This document shows positions 14,689 to 21,132 of a DNA stretch of 24,000 bases, one piece after another. This stretch comes from Klebsiella phage vB_KpnM_Potts1, in the sequence record MN013081.1. The stretch is one strand, 5' to 3'. A program made the translations under genes and the position numbers. A model generated the notes under the pieces. The model did not search any database and was not told where the DNA came from. It was given only the letters and a program-made list of their open reading frames with translations. Within the stretch, counting starts at the first letter, position 1. Every line of letters starts with the position of its first letter.

Positions 14689-14821
14689 GAAAATTTTCTT
14701 AGCCATCCTTGTGATGGCTATTCTTGCTTTAGCGATGTACTATGGTATGATATATGGAGTAGTTTATATTGTGCTTTTCATTTCTGATGTTATAGTGCAT
14801 CTCGGTTCATTTATTTGGTAG
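14681..14821 (+). CDS. Small membrane protein, 46 aa (MIKKIFLAILVMAILALAMYYGMIYGVVYIVLFISDVIVHLGSFIW), T4 ac-like position
   Basis: ATG overlaps the previous ORF; ends just before gene 52; not in the ORF track. Confidence 0.5.
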   Translation: MIKKIFLAILVMAILALAMYYGMIYGVVYIVLFISDVIVHLGSFIW

Positions 14822-14826
14822 GTACT

Positions 14827-16191
14827 ATGTCTGATATTTTTGATATGATGACAAAACAAGCTAGTGATACTTTTAATGTTCGTAGCTTAGAAAGTATAAT
14901 TAATAATGAAGCTCTTGCGTATGCAATGTACACTGTAGAGAGTCGTGCGATTCCAAATATGATTGATGGCTTTAAGCCGGTTCAACGTTTTGTTATTGCT
15001 CGTACTTTGATGCTTGGCAAGAGTGATAAAAATAAATTCCATAAACTGGCCTCTATTGCAGGCGGTGTAGCTGACCTTGGATACCACCATGGTGAAGGTT
15101 CTGCACAAGAAACTGGCGCACTGATGGCTAACGACTGGAATAACAATGTTCCGTTCTTAGATGGCCAAGGTAACTTTGGTTCTCGGTTGGTTCAAGAAGC
15201 TGGCGCATCTCGTTATATCTTTGCACGTATTTCAGAAAATTTCTACAAACTGTACAAGGATACAGAATATGCCCCAGCCCATAAAGACGATGAGCATGTC
15301 CCGGTGGCTTATTATCTGCCTATTATTCCTACTGTTCTTCTTAATGGTATTTCCGGTATTGCGACTGGTTATGCTACTGATATTCTGCCTCATAGCATTT
15401 CTTCTGTTAAGAAAAGTGTTATCCAAGCTCTCGAAGGTAAGAAGATTTCTGAGCCGAAGGTAAGCTTTCCGCAGTTTAAAGGAAAGATAATTCCTGTGGA
15501 TGGCGCATTTGAACTTCACGGAATATACGAAATGAAATCTCGTAATGTAATGTACATCTCCGAGATTCCATATAAGTATGATCGTGCATCTTATGTTAAA
15601 ATCCTTGATGCTTTAGAAGATAAAGGGTTCATTACATATGATGATGACTGCGGTAAGCACGGTTTCGGATTCAAAGTTAAATTCCGTAAGGAATATGTCT
15701 TAGGTGAAACCGAAGAAGAACGTCATGAAAAAATCATGAAGGACTTCAAATTAATCGAACGTCGTTCTCAGAACATCACAGTTATCAATCATGCCGGTAA
15801 GTTGAAGGAATATAAATGCGCTGCCGATTTGATTCGTGACTTTGTAGAAGTTCGTAAGGTTTTCGTTCAGAAACGTATCGACCTTAAAATCTGCGAAACC
15901 GAAGAGGCTTTCAAACTGGCCTTAGCTAAAGCAAAGTTCATTAAGAAGGTTATTGACGGTGATATCACTATTGCCGGTAAGACCAGAGCCAAACTGGTCG
16001 AAGAAGTTAAAGAATTCGACGAACTAGCAGATTATGCTGAAAAACTTGTAAGCATGAACATTTATCATATTACTAGTGATGAAGCCAAGAAGCTGGCCGA
16101 AGAAGCTCGTACTAAGCGTGATGAACATGAATATTGGAAACAGACCGATGTTCAAACTGAATATCTTAAAGACCTCGAGGAAATCAAATGA
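14827..16191 (+). CDS. 52: Phage type II DNA topoisomerase medium subunit (gp52), 454 aa
   Basis: ParC/GyrA-type breakage-reunion motifs: MIDGFKPVQRFVIARTLM, GGVADLGYHHGEGSAQETGALMANDWNNNVPFLDGQGNFGSR, catalytic-Tyr region ASRYIFARI. Confidence 0.93.
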   Translation: MSDIFDMMTKQASDTFNVRSLESIINNEALAYAMYTVESRAIPNMIDGFKPVQRFVIARTLMLGKSDKNKFHKLASIAGGVADLGYHHGEGSAQETGALMANDWNNNVPFLDGQGNFGSRLVQEAGASRYIFARISENFYKLYKDTEYAPAHKDDEHVPVAYYLPIIPTVLLNGISGIATGYATDILPHSISSVKKSVIQALEGKKISEPKVSFPQFKGKIIPVDGAFELHGIYEMKSRNVMYISEIPYKYDRASYVKILDALEDKGFITYDDDCGKHGFGFKVKFRKEYVLGETEEERHEKIMKDFKLIERRSQNITVINHAGKLKEYKCAADLIRDFVEVRKVFVQKRIDLKICETEEAFKLALAKAKFIKKVIDGDITIAGKTRAKLVEEVKEFDELADYAEKLVSMNIYHITSDEAKKLAEEARTKRDEHEYWKQTDVQTEYLKDLEEIK

Positions 16192-16367
16192 AATTTAGCT
16201 TAGCTTTTATTATCGGTTTAGTAGCTTTTCTAATTAACCTGTCAGGTGGCATGGTTTGGTCTACTGCTGCTTTATGGGGAATTGCATTCTGGATCGGCAG
16301 TGCAGTTGTTATCTGGATTCTAGTTGTCGTTCTGATAGCTATTGGTGCTGTTTTAGCCACCAGATGA
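16188..16367 (+). CDS. Small two-TM membrane protein, 59 aa (MKFSLAFIIGLVAFLINLSGGMVWSTAALWGIAFWIGSAVVIWILVVVLIAIGAVLATR)
   Basis: ATGA overlap with the gene 52 stop; absent from the ORF track. Confidence 0.6.
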   Translation: MKFSLAFIIGLVAFLINLSGGMVWSTAALWGIAFWIGSAVVIWILVVVLIAIGAVLATR

Positions 16368-16444
16368 TTACACTACATGGGCTGTTCGTAGGAATGGTCT
16401 TTTCTTTGGTGGTAATCGCTCTGATTACCGACTATACCTTCTAA
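16364..16444 (+). CDS. 26-aa single-TM peptide (MITLHGLFVGMVFSLVVIALITDYTF)
   Basis: ATGA overlap with the previous ORF. Confidence 0.45.
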   Translation: MITLHGLFVGMVFSLVVIALITDYTF

Positions 16445-16450
16445 GTGGTC

Positions 16451-16471
16451 GCCTGGACATTCTGTTCAGGC
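16451..16471 (+). terminator. Weak terminator-like hairpin GCCTGGAC-ATTCT-GTTCAGGC
   Basis: 8-bp stem with one G-U pair, followed by ACCCTTTATGTTT. Confidence 0.4.
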
Positions 16472-16550
16472 ACCCTTTATGTTTAATCATCCTTCCTTTA
16501 AAAGTCTCCCTAGGCAATTCCTGCCAACTCAAAAATTTTAAATCCGCTAG

Positions 16551-16579
16551 TTTACTTTGCTTTCAAAACAGGTTATAGT
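16551..16579 (+). promoter_or_regulatory. Early promoter, TTTACT-N17-TATAGT
   Basis: TTTACT 16551-16556, TATAGT 16574-16579; 3' flank nearly identical to the 13065 promoter. Confidence 0.7.
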
Positions 16580-16617
16580 ACTCCTACGCCAACAAAACGT
16601 TGAATCGGAGAAATAAA

Positions 16618-17265
16618 ATGAACCTTATCGAACGTGTAGCTTCTAAAGCCTTTTATCGTAACGGCATTTTCTATCATTCTCTTGAATCGGCTCAAGGTTT
16701 CTTTGAAGCTAAATGTAAGCAGCACGGCCTTGAAGATTGGCACTTCATGGTTGTATCTTCTACAAAGAAAAATAACATCGGGTACTGCTCTTATTACAAG
16801 CGCCGCATCGCTATCCAAGCTCGCTATTTCTACGCAATGTCAGGAGCTCAAGTTGAAGAAACTATCCTCCATGAATTAGCGCATGCATTGACTAAAGGTC
16901 ATAACCATGATGCAGTGTGGAGAGCTAAAGCTATTGAACTAGGTGACACTCATGCTCGTGCTACAACTCCTATTCGTACTGGTGTAGGTTTCATGGAAGA
17001 ATGGATGATTAATCACGGAACCCGGTATGAAACCGAGTTTGATGCAGTAGCTTTTACTTCTAAAGAGCTGCCTCGTTCTAAGAAGCCAAGTTCTCCAAAC
17101 TTTGGCGGTGAAAAGAAACGTATTGCTAAGCCTACTCGCAAGGCAATGGCTATCTACAACCAAGCTAATGCTCCTACACGTAGCGATTTCATCGAGCAGT
17201 TCATGAGCCTAGGCTACAAGTTTGACTACGCCGTAGTTCAGTGGAAACTTTGCAAAAAGATGTGA
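16618..17265 (+). CDS. SprT-like zinc metallopeptidase domain protein, 215 aa
   Basis: EETILHELAHALTKGHNHDAVWRAKAIELG (HExxH plus downstream His); start at 16618 after CGGAG rather than 16600. Confidence 0.75.
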   Translation: MNLIERVASKAFYRNGIFYHSLESAQGFFEAKCKQHGLEDWHFMVVSSTKKNNIGYCSYYKRRIAIQARYFYAMSGAQVEETILHELAHALTKGHNHDAVWRAKAIELGDTHARATTPIRTGVGFMEEWMINHGTRYETEFDAVAFTSKELPRSKKPSSPNFGGEKKRIAKPTRKAMAIYNQANAPTRSDFIEQFMSLGYKFDYAVVQWKLCKKM

Positions 17266-17273
17266 TTTAAATG

Positions 17274-17301
17274 TTTACTTCTGCTTCAAACGTGTTATTA
17301 T
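17274..17301 (+). promoter_or_regulatory. Early promoter for motA, TTTACT-N16-TATTAT
   Basis: TTTACT 17274-17279, TATTAT 17296-17301. Confidence 0.6.
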
Positions 17302-17335
17302 AGACCTATCAAAACAAATGAATTGGAGAAATAAA

Positions 17336-17968
17336 ATGTCTAAAGTTACTTACATCATCAAAGCTTCTAATGACGTTCTGAACGAAAAAACTGCATCAAT
17401 TCTGATTCAAGTTATCAAAAACAACTACATCACTTCTGCAGAAATTCGTGATCTTCTGTCTGAAACTATGAATGCTTCTTCAGTGAACTCTAACATCGGC
17501 GTTCTTCTGAAGAAAGGCTTAATCGAAAAATCTGAAGATGGTCTGATTGCTACCGGTGAAGCAATGGATATCATCCAGGCTGCGGCAGTTCTTCACGCTG
17601 AAGAAAATAAGCCAGAGCTTCTCCAGAAACGCAGAACTCGTAGTGCTCGTGGTGTTACTGAAGAAATGACTAAACTGGCCGAAGAAGTTAAAACTATTCT
17701 CGAAGCCCGTGTTGATCTCAAAGGTATCATAGAAAACCGTAGCAACTTAGAAGTTCAGTTGGTTAAGCGTACTAACGGCGTTCGTCAAATCGAAATCCGC
17801 CGTGATGGCTCACTTCGTGTCTTTGGTTATAACATGGCCGAGTCTGAGACTAAAGTGTTCACTTCTTTAAGTTCGGATGTTAAGGTCAAAGTAGGTGGTA
17901 AAAACACTTACATCGATTTCCCGAACATTACTTCTGAAATGGCTTCAATCATCGCTAATGCATTCTGA
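17336..17968 (+). CDS. motA: MotA middle-transcription activator, 210 aa
   Basis: N-terminus MSKVTYIIKASNDVLNEKTA..., VNSNIGVLLKKGLIEKS.DGLIATGEA.DII..AA.L.AEE..PELL.KR.TR match remembered T4 MotA; SD GGAG before 17336. Confidence 0.93.
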   Translation: MSKVTYIIKASNDVLNEKTASILIQVIKNNYITSAEIRDLLSETMNASSVNSNIGVLLKKGLIEKSEDGLIATGEAMDIIQAAAVLHAEENKPELLQKRRTRSARGVTEEMTKLAEEVKTILEARVDLKGIIENRSNLEVQLVKRTNGVRQIEIRRDGSLRVFGYNMAESETKVFTSLSSDVKVKVGGKNTYIDFPNITSEMASIIANAF

Positions 17969-17975
17969 GGAAAAT

Positions 17976-18161
17976 ATGAAAAATCTTTATGAAGTAACCT
18001 TTTATAAAGGCGACAATGTTTTACCTAACACGTATAATATTCCGGCAGAAACCGAACAGGACGCTTTAGTTCGGTTAGGACAAATATACGGCGATGATAA
18101 AACTTACCGCGAAGACCTGGAAATAAAAGTGGTTGGCATCCGTTTAGTAATGAGAGGTTAA
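17976..18161 (+). CDS. Hypothetical protein, 61 aa
   Basis: ATG 17976 with SD TGAGGAAA overlapping the motA stop; track start 17895 lies inside motA. Confidence 0.6.
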   Translation: MKNLYEVTFYKGDNVLPNTYNIPAETEQDALVRLGQIYGDDKTYREDLEIKVVGIRLVMRG

Positions 18162-18162
18162 T

Positions 18163-18486
18163 ATGAACAAGTTAGAAATCATCAATGAACTCCGTAAGTG
18201 CGCCGAGCCAACTCAAGCTGGTTGGGACATATGGTATCACGGTGCTTATCTAGGCACTATCGTTAAGGTTAAAGCTGGGCAATACGGCATTTTACGTAAT
18301 GATGATGTGGCTCCGTTAGGGTTCAGAACTAATTTCATGGCTGCGATTTCTTCTTATGTTGAAGATGCTAATAAGATTCGTATTGCAGATTACATCGAAC
18401 TTCAAACGGCTCAACCTGTTATTCGCCAGATTGGTGAAGCACCTAAGAAAAGTATCTGGCAGAAGATTAAAGGATTCTTTAAATGA
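18163..18486 (+). CDS. Hypothetical protein, 107 aa
   Basis: ORF with GAGAGG SD, ATGA overlap downstream. Confidence 0.65.
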   Translation: MNKLEIINELRKCAEPTQAGWDIWYHGAYLGTIVKVKAGQYGILRNDDVAPLGFRTNFMAAISSYVEDANKIRIADYIELQTAQPVIRQIGEAPKKSIWQKIKGFFK

Positions 18487-18662
18487 GTGAACAAGAGATT
18501 AATGATCTGATTATGGGCCTGGTAAAGGATATTAATACCAGAGCCTTGCATAAGTACCAAGTAGGCGACTCTTGGACAATGGCTGATTGTAAACTAGGTG
18601 CAGACCACGGTCGATATGTCATTAAAGTCCTTAATGAAAAACTAACTAATGAGGTCAAATAA
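18483..18662 (+). CDS. Hypothetical protein, 59 aa (MSEQEINDLIMGLVKDINTRALHKYQVGDSWTMADCKLGADHGRYVIKVLNEKLTNEVK)
   Basis: Coupled ORF missing from the track. Confidence 0.55.
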   Translation: MSEQEINDLIMGLVKDINTRALHKYQVGDSWTMADCKLGADHGRYVIKVLNEKLTNEVK

Positions 18663-18866
18663 ATGAGAGTACTGATGACCTCTAGTGAATACTTTAATTC
18701 GCTAAACCGTTCAGAAAAGGCTCAAATTAAACGGTTTATAACTGAGCTTGGATATGTCGAAGCACATATGCTGAGCATGCACATCCAAGAATGCGGCCTT
18801 GCAAAACGGTTTCACATTTCAACCAGATGCTTAAAAGAGGTTATCAAACATTATGCTTCCATTTAA
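18663..18866 (+). CDS. Hypothetical protein, 67 aa
   Basis: Directly adjacent coupled ORF; helix-rich, possible HTH ([19 protein letters not shown]). Confidence 0.55.
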   Translation: MRVLMTSSEYFNSLNRSEKAQIKRFITELGYVEAHMLSMHIQECGLAKRFHISTRCLKEVIKHYASI

Positions 18867-19314
18867 AGAGCGCTTAGCATTGTTAGACGAAGCCTTAGCG
18901 CGCGAAACCCCCGAGAGTCTAGCTAAAAAATTAGCCTCTTATGGTGGCGAATATACAGAGCAAAATGTTCTGGACGAAGTACCTGAAATCTGTTGGGAAA
19001 CTGCGTATTGGTACGAAGACCGTAAGTTCCAACGTCGAATTGTTTCAGCAGCTAATCGCTTCAAATTGAAAGATGGCGGAACTTTAGTTATTCCGGGCGC
19101 GCGTCATTATTCTAAGTGTATGGCAGCTGTGCTGGATGTGGTTTCTGATAAATTAGTTTCAGACCAAGCCGTTGGCGATGACCAAGGCTTCATCGATCAA
19201 TACAGCAACTATTGGACCCGCAAAGAAGCTATGATTATTGCCACATATGCTAATCAGGTGCGTATTGGGCGTGGTGGCCCGGCTGATGAATTATATTCAG
19301 AGGACCTTTATTAA
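18853..19314 (+). CDS. Hypothetical protein, 153 aa
   Basis: ORF overlapping the upstream stop, coding-like composition. Confidence 0.6.
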   Translation: MLPFKERLALLDEALARETPESLAKKLASYGGEYTEQNVLDEVPEICWETAYWYEDRKFQRRIVSAANRFKLKDGGTLVIPGARHYSKCMAAVLDVVSDKLVSDQAVGDDQGFIDQYSNYWTRKEAMIIATYANQVRIGRGGPADELYSEDLY

Positions 19315-19439
19315 TGAATAACTTGGTAGCGAAGAACGATTTTAACAAGGGCGGTGCTCATAAGGACAAAAAGCGCGCTGCTAAAGATTCCAAACGTAAA
19401 CAAAAGCATAAAGGTAAAGATAATGAATGTAGCCTATGA
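19314..19439 (+). CDS. Highly basic 41-aa peptide ([41 protein letters not shown])
   Basis: TAATG coupling upstream; overlaps the next ORF by 17 nt; not in the ORF track. Confidence 0.5.
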   Translation: MNNLVAKNDFNKGGAHKDKKRAAKDSKRKQKHKGKDNECSL

Positions 19440-19728
19440 ACAACTTGAACGCGAACGTGAAGCCTATGACTTGTTCGAATACTTGATGTCGAGTATCGTA
19501 GAAGAATTCCGTGTAGACATCAAGTTCTACAGGAGCAACGAAGCTGAACCTAAATTCAAGCTTAATCATGCACTTAAGGCCGACTTCAATAGTGAACCAG
19601 GCGGCGTCAGGCTAACCCAGGCTCATCAGACGTATACATTACACGGCCCTTCTCGTAGTGTAGTTTTTGATGCTTTGAATCGAGTCAAAAAGATAAGCCA
19701 AAAACACGGGTTTACAATGGTAGTGTAA
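19423..19728 (+). CDS. Hypothetical protein, 101 aa, candidate Arn-like anti-restriction protein
   Basis: Gene immediately upstream of asiA, as arn is in T4; KLNHALKADFNSEPGGVR stretch. Homology not verified. Confidence 0.4.
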   Translation: MNVAYEQLEREREAYDLFEYLMSSIVEEFRVDIKFYRSNEAEPKFKLNHALKADFNSEPGGVRLTQAHQTYTLHGPSRSVVFDALNRVKKISQKHGFTMVV

Positions 19729-19739
19729 CAAGGTATAGT
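19711..19739 (+). promoter_or_regulatory. Early promoter for asiA, TTTACA-N17-TATAGT, inside the 3' end of the upstream ORF
   Basis: TTTACA 19711-19716, TATAGT 19734-19739; partial dyad GGTATA (19732-19737) / TATACC (19745-19750). Confidence 0.7.
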
Positions 19740-19781
19740 ATTCGTATACCAAAACAAGTGAGATGTCTGTTAAGGAATAGT

Positions 19782-20054
19782 ATGTCTAAGTTTGAAATAG
19801 TTTCTGAAATTATTACTATGGCTTCATTACTGATTAAATTTCAACGTGAAGATATTTTAGAAAATCGTGAAGGGTTTATTGCATTTTTAAATGAATGTGG
19901 GATTAGAAATGAGTTCGGAAGGGAATTAAACTCGGCTAATTTCCGTAAGATGGTAGCCGAGTTATCTGATGACGAAAAGAAACAGCTGATTCAAGAATTT
20001 AACGTAGGTCATGAAAGCGTATACCGCCATATGGAAATGTACGCTAACAATTAA
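19782..20054 (+). CDS. asiA: AsiA anti-sigma70 factor, 90 aa
   Basis: EIITMASLLIKFQREDILENREGFIAFLNECGI...NSANFRKMVAELSDDEKKQLIQEFN.G.E.VYR..EMY matches remembered T4 AsiA; same length. Confidence 0.93.
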   Translation: MSKFEIVSEIITMASLLIKFQREDILENREGFIAFLNECGIRNEFGRELNSANFRKMVAELSDDEKKQLIQEFNVGHESVYRHMEMYANN

Positions 20055-20711
20055 TCACTTACTCCTTCCTAAAGCTCTTACAGCCTGCCCGCATATTGAT
20101 GACAAACGATCTTCTGATATAGTTGGTCGTTTGCCATACCAATACATCTCAACGGCCCCAGAATAAATGTTATCCAAGTTAAAATACGGACAAGAAAACA
20201 TATAAGTCACTTCTTCAGGCTTCTTCTTAGTTGGTAAGAAAACAAATTCATTCTCACTCCAATAGTTTCTTCCAGACAAGTGTGTAGTATATTCCGGCGT
20301 TGTTTTATCTATAGGATACCCACCTAAGTTTTTAGGATCTACTGTGCTTGGTAATTTTCCTTCAAAAGCTATTAAATCTACGAAATAGTTTAAGTTCTTT
20401 GGCCTGAAATTAAATACTGCACTAAAATCAGCACCACTAGATACATGAACTATTTGAAGTTGCTCGAGCGCTGTGTTCTCAAATTTAAGCTCTTGAGTTT
20501 TTACTAGAATCTCGTTATAACTTTCATACGAACTCTTTACGTATGCGTTAGCTATAGCATCTGATTTATACCAAATAAAAGTAAGCCCAAATAAGATTAC
20601 AACTACTATAACTCTGGAAAACAAAAGCTTTCCAGAGGCGTTATCTTTAAACAAGCGGTCGAGCACCCCAAATAGAATATCCGATATAGGTATAGATATT
20701 TTATTGGCCAT
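20055..20711 (-). CDS. t: T4-type holin, 218 aa
   Basis: SDILFGVLDRLFKDNASGKLL...ALEQLQIVHVSSGADFSAVFNFRPKNLNYFVDLIAFEGKLPST...SCPYFNLDNIY matches remembered T4 holin t. Confidence 0.95.
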   Translation of the reverse strand: MANKISIPISDILFGVLDRLFKDNASGKLLFSRVIVVVILFGLTFIWYKSDAIANAYVKSSYESYNEILVKTQELKFENTALEQLQIVHVSSGADFSAVFNFRPKNLNYFVDLIAFEGKLPSTVDPKNLGGYPIDKTTPEYTTHLSGRNYWSENEFVFLPTKKKPEEVTYMFSCPYFNLDNIYSGAVEMYWYGKRPTISEDRLSSICGQAVRALGRSK

Positions 20712-20727
20712 GTGCCCTCCTCACTTA

Positions 20728-20735
20728 TATTTATC
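20728..20735 (-). promoter_or_regulatory. Candidate T4-type late promoter GATAAATA for holin t
   Basis: 7/8 match to TATAAATA on the - strand, about 17 nt before the t start, SD GGAGGG between. Confidence 0.6.
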
Positions 20736-21132
20736 TCATAAGGGACGCTCTTTCCTTGCGTAGTTGTAATAGCTCTGCTTTATCTGCTTCAATATCATCA
20801 GACATGCCAAATTCAATTTTATCAGATAATGCATCGATAATAGGCGTTAATTCTCTTATCTTAGCTTCTCTTTCAAGTTTTTGAGATTCAGCAATATTAG
20901 AATATTCCTTAACACCGAACGGGGCCCAATCATCGGTTTCCCATTTATAATCACCGTCAGGTTTAATCTTAACGTTTCCGGAAGATTTAAATTTATAATA
21001 AGCCTCTTTAGAAGCATTGTCATCAGGTGTTAAAGTATACGGAATAATGATGTCCCCAAAGGGGACATCCACATCGATATAATTCTCTAAGTCATTTGAC
21101 CTAGGATTTGTTGCTTTATCAAAATTTATCAT
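20731..21132 (-). CDS. Tail-fibre assembly chaperone-like protein (gp38/Tfa type), 133 aa
   Basis: Sits directly after the tail-fibre gene with ATGA overlap; W..DDWAPFGV..., C-terminal charged helix; start at internal ATG (MINFDKAT) rather than track TTG. Confidence 0.65.
   Translation of the reverse strand: MINFDKATNPRSNDLENYIDVDVPFGDIIIPYTLTPDDNASKEAYYKFKSSGNVKIKPDGDYKWETDDWAPFGVKEYSNIAESQKLEREAKIRELTPIIDALSDKIEFGMSDDIEADKAELLQLRKERASLMR

Noticed and set aside
15161-15519. + and - ORFs inside gene 52
   Set aside because: Alternate frames of the conserved gp52 CDS
16256-16444. Track ORF MVYCCFMGNCILDRQ... after gene 52, initially considered as evidence of a frameshifted membrane gene
   Set aside because: The correct reading is an intact 59-aa TM ORF (16188-16367) followed by a coupled 26-aa ORF (16364-16444); no frameshift is needed
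16556-16564. TTTGCTTTC near the 16551 promoter considered as a MotA box
   Set aside because: Centre is only about 17 bp from the -10 centre, while MotA boxes sit about 20 bp away; TTTACT-N17-TATAGT explains the site as an early promoter
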